NCBI GenBank assembly: GCA_965243135.1
Contig: OZ251539.1
Coordinates: 5,792,001 to 5,856,000 of the forward strand
DNA from: Alphaproteobacteria bacterium
Lineage (GTDB): Bacteria; Pseudomonadota; Alphaproteobacteria; MPNO01; UBA830
Reading direction: 5' to 3'
DNA length: 64,000 nt
Part shown: positions 18,055 through 28,279 of the stretch, in pieces
How positions within the stretch are numbered: position 1 is the first letter of the stretch
Layout: every line of letters begins with the position of its first letter
Made by a program: the position numbers and the translations under genes
The notes under the pieces: generated by a model
The model's input: only the letters and a program-made list of their open reading frames with translations
Databases searched by the model: none
Told to the model about the DNA's origin: nothing

Positions 18055-18702
18055 TCAGGGGTCGCTTCGCATGGCGCGCCGGACGTGAACGATGCGTTGC
18101 AAGGCCGTGACGGCGGCCAGAACGGCGACCAGATAGACCGTCTCGGCCAGCAGGCCGGAGATCAGGCCGACGACGATCAGGCCGACGCGCTCCGCACGCG
18201 TCGCGATGCCGACCGCGCAGGCGACCCCGAGTTCCCCGGCTCTGGACCGGACGTAGCTGACGAGAAACGAACAAGAGAGAGCGGCCATGGCGGCGGCGGC
18301 GTCGAGGGCCGCGCCGTCGCGAGCGAACAGGTAGCCGATGGCGGCGAAGACGACGCCTTCCGAGGCGCGGTCGACGGTGGAATCGAGAAAGGCCCCGAAC
18401 CGCGTGGACGCGCCGGAAGCTCTGGCCAGCATGCCGTCCATCAGATCCGAGACGCTCGCGACGAGGAAGACGATTCCTGCGGCGGCCAGCTGATCGGCGA
18501 CGATCAGACCCGCGGAGACCGCGCAGAGCGCGAACCCGGCGCAAGAAACGTGATTTGCGCCGACGCCGAGAAAACGCAGCCCTGCGGCGAGAGGTTTCAA
18601 CCCCGCCTCCATCCAGCAGCGGAGCGCTTCTCTCAAGCGTTCCGGAGTGTATGGCGGGCGGCGCAGATCGTCGCTGCCGTCGAGAGTTTGTCGCTTATCC
18701 AC
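18055..18702 (-). CDS. CDP-alcohol phosphatidyltransferase
   Basis: DLMDGMLAR...FGAFLDSTVDR signature and SYVRSRA. Start uncertain (GTG 18702 or ATG 18612). Confidence 0.85.
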   Translation of the reverse strand: MDKRQTLDGSDDLRRPPYTPERLREALRCWMEAGLKPLAAGLRFLGVGANHVSCAGFALCAVSAGLIVADQLAAAGIVFLVASVSDLMDGMLARASGASTRFGAFLDSTVDRASEGVVFAAIGYLFARDGAALDAAAAMAALSCSFLVSYVRSRAGELGVACAVGIATRAERVGLIVVGLISGLLAETVYLVAVLAAVTALQRIVHVRRAMRSDP

Positions 18703-18967
18703 GCAACGGAAAATACGGTATGCACCGCCGATCTGTCGACTCGCCCGTCCGCGCCGGGGACCGCGGACGGGCGAGGCGAACGAAGATCGCGTTGGCTCGT
18801 CGCGACAGGCCGGACGCGGAAAAGGAAACTTGCGCCGCCCGCCGCGTCCTCCAGCCTTCAAGAACCGCGCCGTCTTGTCCTCGCCGCTCGTGGCCGGCCA
18901 ATTCCATCTCGCCGCATTTCTGCAAGGGGCCGCCGCGCAAGTCGCCGTCGCCAGGGCGCGGTTCGAG

Positions 18968-19134
18968 GCGCCGTTTCCGGCCCGAACCCGGGCGAGAGAA
19001 AACGAAGCGGCGCGGGGCGAGAAAGGCGGGAGGATGGCTTGGCCCGATCCTCTCGAACTTCGAGAAATCCCGTTCGACGAATTCGCCGATCGCATGGACG
19101 AGGAGCCGTTCCGCGACGGCCGACCGCGAACGGA
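18968..19134. repeat. 167-bp direct repeat A, copy 1
   Basis: Aligns without gaps to 24214-24380; contains the palindrome tctcgaa-c-ttcgaga (19051-19065). Confidence 0.9.
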
Positions 19135-19477
19135 AAAGATGTCGGTTCCGGGCGAGGAAGCGCCGGGACGGAACGAGGAAAACTGCGGCCTGGGCCGGGC
19201 GCGTCCGCAACGGCGATCATGGCGACCGGCGAAAGGTTCATCGCAAAATTCTTCTTCGTCGCCGGTCGACCGGAGAACGGTCGCGCGGCGACCGGTGCGA
19301 GCGTTCCGTCGTTTTCTTTTTTTCGCAGACCTCCGGATATCGCGTGAATTTGCCGGCCGAGATCCCTCGAACGCAGCTTCGGCCCGGTGCGGACAGGCGC
19401 CGGCCGCGTTTTCGGGCGGGACGGCGAGACCGGAACGGGCGCTTCTCCGAAAAGCGGCGCACTCCGGAGTTGGTAGC

Positions 19478-19506
19478 TTGCATACGGGGGGGGGGGGGGG
19501 TAATGT
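19478..19506 (+). promoter_or_regulatory. Putative promoter with poly-G(15) spacer
   Basis: TTGCAT (19478-83), then ac+G15 (17 bp), then TAATGT (19501-06), ending 53 bp before the autotransporter ATG. Confidence 0.65.
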
Positions 19507-19559
19507 CACGTTGGAAGCAGGCTTCTTCATTGCGGCGCAACCAGGGGAGCATCCGACCA

Positions 19560-22500
19560 ATGACGATTTCACCGATCACGCGGAATGGCGGGGCGGTCGC
19601 CTTGGGGCTGGCCTTCGCCCTCGGCGCCGCCGGAGAGGCGGCGGCCCAGGTATGCGCCGGCGACCTGCCCACCGTGCCCAACTCGAACGTGGGCGGCATC
19701 CGAATCGTCTGCCAGGAAAGCAACCCGAGCGCGAGCGGCATCCGGATCAACGCGGAGAGCGTCTCCCTCTCCGTGACGTCGTCGAACTTCGCCTTCCGGC
19801 CCGCCATCGACGCCCGCCTCAACAGCGCCAGCGACGCCAACGGCATCAACGTCCGCCTGGGCCGGGGGCTCGTCATCAGCACGGGGGCCGCCAGGGAGGC
19901 TTTCATAGGCGCCTACGCCCGGAACGCGGGCAGCGGCGCCACCAGGATCGTCATGGAGGACGGCGCCTCCATCACGACGACGGGCGGTGACGCCGACGGC
20001 ATCCGTTATTCGAACCCGACTGCCGCGACGGGAACCGTCGACGTCCAGATGACGGGCGGATCGATCACGACGTCGGGCAGTGAAGCCCACGGGATCTATA
20101 TCCTGCACAACGGGTCGGGCGCCTCCACCGTCAGCATGAGCGGCGGCGCGATCAAGGCGTCGGGCAGCCGCAGCAGCGGCATCTACGTCAACAAGCAGAG
20201 AGGCTCGGGCGACGCCACGATAACCTTCTCGGGCGGCTCCATCGAGAAGTCGGGCGGGGACGGGGCCGGGATCGGCTTCTATGGCGACCCGGCTGCGAAC
20301 GCGGCCAACGCCCGCATCCGCGTGACGGGCGGCTCCATCGCGGTGGAGGGGATAGCCAACACCCATGGCGTGCACGTCGATCATCGGAGCGCGGGCGGAG
20401 GGGACGTCGCCATGACGGGCGGCTCGATCACGACGAAGGGCGGGAACTCCCACGGCGTGTTCGCCACCCTGCGCAACGCCGCGAACGAAGCGCCGGTCGT
20501 CATCGGCATGGCGGGCGGCTCGATCACGACGGAGGGTCAAACCGCCCTGGGTCTCTACGGGGTTCACTTCGGACTGGGCTCCGTCACGGTGACGATGGAA
20601 GGGGAAGCGGAGATCACGACGTCGGGCGACGGCGCCCACGGCGTGTCCGCCCTCCTGTTCAACGCCGCGAACGAAGCGGCGATCGTCGTCGGCATGGCGG
20701 GCGGTTCGGTCGCGACGGAGGGTGCCGGCGCCGCGGGCCTGAACGGACTTCACCTGGGACTGGGCTCCGTCACGGTGACAACGGGAGGGGAAGCGGAGAT
20801 CGAATCGCCGTTCTTCGTCGGCGTCCGGGGCTGGCTGTCGAACGACGCGAACGCGGCCGGGCGCCTCGTCGTCACGCATGGCGGCGCGGTCGAGGCGGGG
20901 GACGCGGGCGTTCTCGCCTGGGCCGCGCGCCGGAGCGGCCATACCTCCGGCGACGGCGCGGAGGAGGCGGACGACGCGGCCAGGACCGAGCCGATGATCC
21001 ACGTCACCTCGAGCGGCGACGTCACGGTCGGCGCGTCGGTGACGGACGCCTTCATCAGGAACAGGATCGCAGGCGACGACGGGACGCTCTCGGCGGGCGA
21101 GCAGGCCGTTCTCGACGCCATCACCGCGGACGATTCGGACGCGCTGACGACGGCGCTGGAGGCTCTGCCCGCGGACTACGACGACGACTGGAAGGCGGAG
21201 GCCGAGAACCTTCGGCGAAAGCGCGCCGTGCTGACGGACGATGAGACGTCGGCGAACCGGGCGGCGGGAAAGATCCTGGGCCTGACCAGGGCGGGGGTGC
21301 GGGCGCTGGCGCTCTCGCATGAAACGATTACCGGCCACGTGCGCTCCGGCGACGGCGACGGCGCGCTCTCGGCCGCCGAGTGGACGGCGCTGGAGGCGGC
21401 GCTGACCGGCCGCGGCCTGGAGACGGCGCTCGCCGCGCTCCCCGCCGCCTACACCGACACATGGAAGGACACGCTCCGGGCGCACGCGGCGAGCTACAAC
21501 GCAGGCGATATCCAGGTGGACGTGACCGGCGGGACGATCACCGCCGAGGGCGACGGCGTGGACGCGCGCTACGCGCTGGCGCACGACCGCAACGGCGCCA
21601 TTACGGTGACCGTGGCCGATGGGGCGGAGATCACCGGCGGACGCCACGGCGTCCACGTCGGCGGGGCGGGCCTCGCCGCGGGGAACGACGACGGCCTGCG
21701 CGACCAGACGGTGACGGTGAACGGCAAGGTCATGGGCGGGACCGGCGCGGGCGTCCATCTGGCCGGCGGCGGGACGGTGACGGTCGGCGGGACCGGGCGC
21801 GTCGGCGCGGCCTCGGGCGACGCCGTCCTCTCCGACGGCGCGGGCGACCTGTCGGTGACGGTAGCCGGCGCGGTGGAGGGCGACATTCGCAACATGGGCG
21901 GCGGCGCGTTGCGGTTCGCTTCGGAAGCCGGAAGCGAGGTGACGGGAACGGTCCACGATCCCGTCGGCCCTCTGACGGTGCGCGGCAGCGTCGGGCGGCT
22001 CCTCTACGCCGGCGGCGCGACGGTCACGGTGGCCAGGACGGGACGGATCGCGGGGATTTCGGGGGAAGCGATCCGCAGCGCTGCCGGCGACCTGTCGGTG
22101 ACGGTGGCCGGCGCGGTGGAGGGCGACATCCTGGGCGCCGGCGATCTGAGCGCGACGATCTCGGGCACGGTCGATGGCAACGTTTTCGGTCGCGGCGCGG
22201 GCGAGCACACGGTCACGGTGTCGAACGGCGGGACGGTGACGGGCGCCATCCATCTGGCCGCGAGCACGGTGACGGTGCACGGCGCGGCCGGGCAGGTGCG
22301 GTTCGACAACGGCGGCGCGGTGACGGTGGGCGCGACGGGACGGATCGGGGGAATCGAGGGCGTCGCGGTCCGGAACGCGGCCGGCGCTCTGAGCGTGGCG
22401 GTTGCGGCCGGCGGCAGGATTGAGGGGGATATCGTCGATCTTGGGGATCGTCCCGCGAGGGTCGAGACGGAGGCCGGCAGCACGGTCATGGGGACCATCG

Positions 22501-23738
22501 ACGTGACCGGCAAGGACAGCGCGGTGACGGTGGGCGGCACGGCTGGCCGCGTGCGGTTCGGCGGCGACGGAAGGGTGACGGTCGGTGCGAACGGTCGGAT
22601 CACGGGCGACGAAGCCATCACGAGCGGAGGCAGGCTGGTGGTGGTGATCCGGGAGAGGCCTGGGGAGGGGGCCCGCGAGGTCATTCGCCGGATTCCGGGC
22701 GCGATGCGGGACGAGGGCGGCGGACCCGAGGTGACGTACCGCGCCTCGGACGGGACCGACACCCGCTTGGGGGATCCCGATTCGACGCGCTCGGTCCCGG
22801 ACGGCGCCTTCGACGTCGGGGTGGAGCGGGCGGAGGGAGGCGGCCTCAAGCTCGCCTACCGATACGCGCCGCGCGCCCGCGTGTACGAAGCGCTGCCGTC
22901 GGCGCTGCTGAGGTTGAACGGCTTGCCGGAGTTCCGGGAGCGGATGGCTGCGGGCGCGGCGCGGGGCGGCTGGGCGCTTGTGGAGTCCTTCCGCGGCAAG
23001 CAGCGCGCGGAGAGCTCGAAAACGACGGGGTTGGGTTACGACCACAGCCGCTACGGCGTCCGGGCGGGTTTCCGGGGCCCGGTCTCCGAGAACGGCCTGT
23101 TCGGCGTCTCGGCGCACCGCCGCGGCGGGTCGGCGAAGGTGTCGAACGGCGGCAAGATCGACCTGTCGGGCGCCGGCGTCGGGATCTCCTGGACCGCCCG
23201 GCTCGACGAAGCCGCCTATATGGACCTCCAGGCGGAGTGGACCTGGTACGAGGCCGACATGGCGTCGTCGGGTCGGGGATCGCCCAAGGGCGGCGCGGCG
23301 GGGCGCGGTCATGCCGTCGGCATGGAGGTCGGGCGGCGGACCGTGGCGGGCGGCGTGGTTCTCACGCCGCGAATCTCGATGACCCGTTCGACGGTCTCCA
23401 TGAACGACTTCTCGGACTCGGTCGGAGCGCGCGTATCCCTGACGGGCGGTCGGAGTCTGAAGGGCCGCGCGGGCATCGGGGCGGCGACGGACGCGGTCTC
23501 GGGAATCCGCATGTTCGGCTCGGTGGACGCGGAGCGCGAGTTTTCGAAGGAGCGGAAGGTGACGGTGTCGGGAACGGAGCTGCGGTCGACCGTCGAGCCG
23601 ATGTGGGTGCGCCTGAAGCTGGGCGGCGTCCATGCATGGGGCGACGGGCGCTATGCGCTACGCGGCGCGGCGAGCTGGGCCACGGGCGGCGACAGCTACG
23701 AATTCGGCGGCGTCGTCGATCTGACGGCGCGGTTCTGA
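19560..23738 (+). CDS. Autotransporter (type Va) adhesin-like outer membrane protein
   Basis: 1392 aa. Signal peptide ending AAA-Q, Gly/Thr-rich beta-helix repeats (MTGGSITT.G), YAPRARVYEALP linker and a barrel ending LTARF. Confidence 0.9.
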   Translation: MTISPITRNGGAVALGLAFALGAAGEAAAQVCAGDLPTVPNSNVGGIRIVCQESNPSASGIRINAESVSLSVTSSNFAFRPAIDARLNSASDANGINVRLGRGLVISTGAAREAFIGAYARNAGSGATRIVMEDGASITTTGGDADGIRYSNPTAATGTVDVQMTGGSITTSGSEAHGIYILHNGSGASTVSMSGGAIKASGSRSSGIYVNKQRGSGDATITFSGGSIEKSGGDGAGIGFYGDPAANAANARIRVTGGSIAVEGIANTHGVHVDHRSAGGGDVAMTGGSITTKGGNSHGVFATLRNAANEAPVVIGMAGGSITTEGQTALGLYGVHFGLGSVTVTMEGEAEITTSGDGAHGVSALLFNAANEAAIVVGMAGGSVATEGAGAAGLNGLHLGLGSVTVTTGGEAEIESPFFVGVRGWLSNDANAAGRLVVTHGGAVEAGDAGVLAWAARRSGHTSGDGAEEADDAARTEPMIHVTSSGDVTVGASVTDAFIRNRIAGDDGTLSAGEQAVLDAITADDSDALTTALEALPADYDDDWKAEAENLRRKRAVLTDDETSANRAAGKILGLTRAGVRALALSHETITGHVRSGDGDGALSAAEWTALEAALTGRGLETALAALPAAYTDTWKDTLRAHAASYNAGDIQVDVTGGTITAEGDGVDARYALAHDRNGAITVTVADGAEITGGRHGVHVGGAGLAAGNDDGLRDQTVTVNGKVMGGTGAGVHLAGGGTVTVGGTGRVGAASGDAVLSDGAGDLSVTVAGAVEGDIRNMGGGALRFASEAGSEVTGTVHDPVGPLTVRGSVGRLLYAGGATVTVARTGRIAGISGEAIRSAAGDLSVTVAGAVEGDILGAGDLSATISGTVDGNVFGRGAGEHTVTVSNGGTVTGAIHLAASTVTVHGAAGQVRFDNGGAVTVGATGRIGGIEGVAVRNAAGALSVAVAAGGRIEGDIVDLGDRPARVETEAGSTVMGTIDVTGKDSAVTVGGTAGRVRFGGDGRVTVGANGRITGDEAITSGGRLVVVIRERPGEGAREVIRRIPGAMRDEGGGPEVTYRASDGTDTRLGDPDSTRSVPDGAFDVGVERAEGGGLKLAYRYAPRARVYEALPSALLRLNGLPEFRERMAAGAARGGWALVESFRGKQRAESSKTTGLGYDHSRYGVRAGFRGPVSENGLFGVSAHRRGGSAKVSNGGKIDLSGAGVGISWTARLDEAAYMDLQAEWTWYEADMASSGRGSPKGGAAGRGHAVGMEVGRRTVAGGVVLTPRISMTRSTVSMNDFSDSVGARVSLTGGRSLKGRAGIGAATDAVSGIRMFGSVDAEREFSKERKVTVSGTELRSTVEPMWVRLKLGGVHAWGDGRYALRGAASWATGGDSYEFGGVVDLTARF

Positions 23739-23814
23739 ACCAACCGCGGCGCGCCCGGTCTCCGACCGCCCACTCCGGGCGAGAACCCGGGCCGCGGACG
23801 GCGTCCGCCCGGTC

Positions 23815-24226
23815 GAGGCGTGGGGTGTCCGGCGCGTGGACGACATGTACGTGTACGTCTTGGCCGAGGCGATACAAGGTCGACCTTCGGTCGTCGGGTC
23901 GCGCTGGACCGGGTGGCGCTGACGCCGCGGGCGCGTCTGGCGCATTCGCGGGTCGACGTGGGTAATTTCACCGACCGCCACCGCAGTCGGGTGTCGCTGA
24001 AAAAGGGGCGCAGCATGGCGGGCCGCGCCGGGATGGCCGTCGAGAGCGCGCCTGTCCTCGGCGGGGCTCGTTTGTTCGGCTCCGTGGACGTGGAGCGGGA
24101 GTTCGAGAGGGAGACGCGCGTTTCGGTGTCGGGGACGCCGCTGGTGTCGGAGGCGCCGCCGACTCGGTATCCGGTCGGGTTGGGCGGCGTCCGGGAATGG
24201 TCCGAGGGCAGATGCGCGGTTTCGGG
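23815..24226 (+). pseudogene. Degenerate autotransporter beta-barrel C-terminal fragment
   Basis: GRRVALDRVALTPRARL..SRVDVGNFTD...RVSL..GRSMAGRAG...RLFGSVDVEREF...VSVSGT parallels the upstream gene's barrel. No N-terminus and no terminal Phe strand. Confidence 0.8.
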
Positions 24227-24380
24227 CCGGAACCCGGGCGAGAGAAAACAAAGCGACGCAGAACGAGAAAGGCGGGAGGACGGCTTGGCCCGATCCTCTC
24301 GAACTTCGAGAAATCCCGTTCGACGAATTCGCCGATCGCCTGAACGAGGAGCCGTTCCGCGATGGCCGACCGCGAACGGA
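24214..24380. repeat. 167-bp direct repeat A, copy 2
   Basis: Matches 18968-19134 at an offset of 5246 bp. Confidence 0.9.
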
Positions 24381-26123
24381 CACGAAAATCCCTGCGATGT
24401 CGTGCGCTCCACCGAGGCAGGGTTCGAAGGCATTGCCGACGCGAGGAAAACCGAACGTTGCCTGATTATCCTCCGCCATGGCGTCGGAACTTTCATTCAG
24501 AGGGTCTGTACCAATCCTTTAGCAAAACGCACGTTATCGTAAACCACAACAAAAAACTTATGATTCCATGTTTTAAAATGTCAAATAACGACTCGTGGTC
24601 GCCGCTAATTTCGCCGAGAATATAGTGACAAGATGAATACAAAACGGAAAAAACTATACTGCAAATTAGACATTTCATCGTTTGTTTCTACTCGACTGGG
24701 TGATCGGAACCCGCATTGGTCCGGGTTTCTCCGGAACGATTTAACTCCTGATCGGACGCCACGCTATCGAGATCGGTGTTATCCAAGCCGAGGCAGCCCA
24801 TAGCCTTCCGAATATCCTGACGGTTCCGTCGCGGACGCGCGCCAAAAAGCCATAGTCCGGTCTCTGCGCCGGCACGTCTTCAGGGAACGCGTGCACGCAA
24901 ACGAAGGCGAGAGTTTCGTCGCGAGAATCTTGGGGTTCGTCAAATTCCTTACGGAGTCTGAAGGCCATAATGGAAGGGCCTCCCTGAATGCCGCGCATTT
25001 CGCCCTGGCCATGGGACCTCGCGGGCCGACCGGGGGGATCTTGCCGGAACCGTTCTTCGCGAGTTCTCGGCGACCCTCTGCCGCTGCCGCCGCTGCGCGA
25101 TCGCCCGAGCGCGAGAAGGCTTTCCTGCGTCGATCGATCATGACAATTAATTGCGTTATTGACGAACTGTCAACATCTCTCCCTGCCGACTCCGAACCGT
25201 AACGCAGGCTGTCGGCAATCCCTGCCGCGAAGGCGTTATCGGGAGGGTTGGTCGGCAAGTTAAGATGCTGCAGCGAAAAAATCCTTCTCTTCCACGGGGT
25301 ATTCGTCCGGTCGGACGCCCGGCCTCGGCGAATGTCGGCAGCGCGAACCCGGAGGCGCGATCCGGCGGCGATAGCGCGCATGCCGCCTTCCCGGCCCGGG
25401 GCTTCTCCTCGACGGTCTCCGGACGCATCCGATGGGATCGCAGCTGCGGTTCGCCCGACCCGCGGCGCCCGCTTTGCGTTTCCTGCCGCGCTGCCAGGCG
25501 GTGCGGCTCGCCGCCGGCCACCCGGACATCCCGCGCGCGGCGGCGGCTGACCCGAAACCCGCTCTCGGAGCGCAAGCGCTCCTAAATCCGCTTCGTACTC
25601 CGCGGCCATCGTCTTCTCCGCTTCGCTCCGCCGCTCGGACGTCGTCTTCCGCTGCTTCCCCGAGGCCATGCTGCGGGCTCGGGCGCCTCCTCGAAGTCGT
25701 AGCCGCCTCCCTCCGGGTTGCGAGCCAGTTCCCTGCCGATCGTTGCGGGGGCGCGACGTTCGACTCGCCGCTTTTCTTGAGGATTCGGCGCCGTTCTTCG
25801 CGGGTCAGGAGGTCTTTGGCCAATCTTCGTTCCGCGCTCGCGGAGCTAACGCGGATCTCCTGACTCCCGGCAACGTCGCAAGCGGTCAGTCGGGCGCCGA
25901 ATTCGAAGAATCGCGTTTCGGGAGTGAAGGAGCTTTTTTGGCGGAAGCGCGTCAGGCCGTTTGAATTTGAAGGGGCCGGATGCGATCATGGCGGCGTCCG
26001 GCGACGCCGATGGCCGGGACGGCAAGCTGGCCGCCGTTCTTGCCGTCGCTCGGCCAAAAGGCGGCAGGCGTGGCGTCGGCATCGCCGCGCGTTTATGCTG
26101 CGCGGAAAGAGGCGGGCAGGGTT

Positions 26124-27434
26124 ATGGTCGATCCGAAGCTTTTCAAGTTGGACACGCTCAGCCTGCATGCGGGCCAGCGACCGGATCCCGCGACCGGCTC
26201 CCGCGCGGTGCCGATCTATCAGACGACGTCCTACGTATTCCGCGATGCGGATCACGCCGCGGCGCTGTTCAATCTCGAACGCGCGGGCCATATCTATTCG
26301 CGCATCTCGAACCCGACCTGCGCCGTGCTCGAAGAACGGGTCGCCGCGCTCGAGGGCGGCGTCGGCGCGGTCGCGACGGCTTCGGGACAGGCCGCGCTGC
26401 ATCTGGCCGTAGCCACGTTGATGGGGCAGGGCGGGCATATCGTGTCGTCCGCGTCGATCTACGGCGGCAGCCACAACCTGTTCCATCATACTCTGCCGCG
26501 TTTCGGCATCTCCGCCACGTTCGTCGACCCGCGAGACCCGGACGCGTTCGCGAAGGCGATCACCGCCGACACGCGGCTGATATTCGGGGAGACGTTGGGC
26601 AATCCGGGGCTGGAGGTCATGGATCTTCCTCGCATCGCCGGGATCGCCCATGAGGCGGGATTGCCGCTGATGATCGATAATACCTTCGCGACGCCGTATC
26701 TGTGCCGGCCTTTCGAGCATGGCGCCGACATCGTCATGCATTCGGCGACCAAGTTTCTCGGCGGCCACGGCACGTCCATCGGCGGATTGCTCGTCGATTC
26801 CGGCCGTTTCGATTGGGACGCCTCGGGCAAGTTTCCGACCCTGACGGAGCCCTATGAAGGATATCACGGGCTCGACTTCTCCGAAGAGTTCGGACCCGGC
26901 GCCTTCGTCATGCGCGCCCGCGCCGAGGGCCTGCGCGACTTCGGCGCCGCCATGAGCCCGACCAACGCGTTTTACATCCTGCAGGGCGTCGAAACGCTGC
27001 ATGTCCGCATGCGGCGACATGTCGAAAACGCCCGCCGGATCGTCGAATTCCTCGGCTCCCACGATGGCGTGGCATGGGTGACTTGGCCGGAGCGCGCCGA
27101 TCACCCCGACCGGGAACTTGCGGCCGCTTTGTTGCCGCAAGGACCCGGCGCGATCTTTTCTTTCGGGATCAGGGGAGGCCGGGAGGCCGGACGGACGTTC
27201 ATCGAAAGCCTTTCGCTGTTTTCCCACCTAGCCAACGTCGGCGACGCCAAGTCGCTGGTCATACACCCGGCGAGCACGACGCATCAGCAAATGGATGCCG
27301 CCGCGCTCGCGGCGGCAGGCATCGGCGAGGAGCTCGTCCGCCTGTCCGTCGGCCTCGAGGATCCGGACGACCTGATCGCCGATCTCGATCAGGCGTTTCG
27401 CGCCGCGGCCCGCGCGGCGCAGGCTGCGGGATAA
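26124..27434 (+). CDS. metY: O-acetylhomoserine aminocarboxypropyltransferase (sulfhydrylase)
   Basis: [22 protein letters not shown] lysine motif [11 protein letters not shown] and [20 protein letters not shown]. Confidence 0.9.
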   Translation: MVDPKLFKLDTLSLHAGQRPDPATGSRAVPIYQTTSYVFRDADHAAALFNLERAGHIYSRISNPTCAVLEERVAALEGGVGAVATASGQAALHLAVATLMGQGGHIVSSASIYGGSHNLFHHTLPRFGISATFVDPRDPDAFAKAITADTRLIFGETLGNPGLEVMDLPRIAGIAHEAGLPLMIDNTFATPYLCRPFEHGADIVMHSATKFLGGHGTSIGGLLVDSGRFDWDASGKFPTLTEPYEGYHGLDFSEEFGPGAFVMRARAEGLRDFGAAMSPTNAFYILQGVETLHVRMRRHVENARRIVEFLGSHDGVAWVTWPERADHPDRELAAALLPQGPGAIFSFGIRGGREAGRTFIESLSLFSHLANVGDAKSLVIHPASTTHQQMDAAALAAAGIGEELVRLSVGLEDPDDLIADLDQAFRAAARAAQAAG

Positions 27435-28279
27435 TGGAAATCACCGTAGACGGCAGACAGGTATTCGCTGCGACGGGCGGCGCCGCGTTCGATCCGAACC
27501 TGCCGGTCGTCGCGTTCGTCCATGGCGCGGGCATGGATCGCACGGTGTGGGCGCTCCAGACGCGCTGGTTCGCATGGCATGGCTATGCAGTTCTCGCCGT
27601 CGATCTTCCGGGTCACGGAGGGTCGGAAGGGCCGGCGATCGCCGACATCGAGTCGCTCGGCGGCTGGATTCTCAGGTTGCTCGAGCGGGCGGGCGCATCG
27701 AGCGCGACTCTTGTAGGCCATTCGATGGGAGCGCTGGCCTGTCTTTCCGCCGCCGCGGAGGGCGGCAAGAGGATTGCGGCTATGGCGCTCCTCGGGATCG
27801 GCGCGCGCATGCCGGTTCATCCCGATTTGCTGGCCGCTGCCCGCGTCGACGATCCCGTCGCCCGGGACCTGATCGTCGACTGGGGTTTCGGTCAGCCCGC
27901 CCGATTCGGCGTTAACCGCGCGCCCGGGCTCTGGATGCAGGGCGGCGGGCGGTCGTTGTTGTTCCGCGCGCCGGCCGGCGTGTTGGGCAATGATCTTGCC
28001 GCCTGCGACGCCTACGGATCCGCAACCGAGGCGGCCGCGCGCGTGGAATGCCCCGTGTTGTTCGTCGTCGGCGAAGGCGACCGAATGACGCCGCCCTCCG
28101 CCGCCGCGGAACTGGCGGCGAAGGTCGGGACGGCGCGAACGGCGACGATAGGGGATGCGGGCCATATGATGATGGTCGAGAAGCCGGACGAAACGCTCGA
28201 CGCGCTGATCGGCTGGATGAGGGACGGACCGTCGCCTTCTCGGGACCTCGCGCCCCCGTCGCGCCGGAGGGAAAAATGA
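27434..28279 (+). CDS. Alpha/beta hydrolase
   Basis: FVHGAG, DLPGHGGS, GHSMG nucleophile and GHMMM. Confidence 0.88.
   Translation: MEITVDGRQVFAATGGAAFDPNLPVVAFVHGAGMDRTVWALQTRWFAWHGYAVLAVDLPGHGGSEGPAIADIESLGGWILRLLERAGASSATLVGHSMGALACLSAAAEGGKRIAAMALLGIGARMPVHPDLLAAARVDDPVARDLIVDWGFGQPARFGVNRAPGLWMQGGGRSLLFRAPAGVLGNDLAACDAYGSATEAAARVECPVLFVVGEGDRMTPPSAAAELAAKVGTARTATIGDAGHMMMVEKPDETLDALIGWMRDGPSPSRDLAPPSRRREK

Noticed and set aside
18555-19559. Poly-G as an in-frame coding tract of a 1727-aa autotransporter
   Set aside because: The upstream extension has no protein-like features and the signal peptide begins at 19560, so the tract fits a promoter spacer better. A longer start is not formally excluded.
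19569-23633. 1354-aa antisense ORF (and many similar Arg/Pro-rich ORFs in the track)
   Set aside because: Stop-poor shadow frames of high-GC genes with no recognisable motifs.
25900-26123. SAM riboswitch upstream of metY
   Set aside because: No recognisable SAM-alpha/SAM-II consensus by eye; an Infernal/Rfam scan would settle it.
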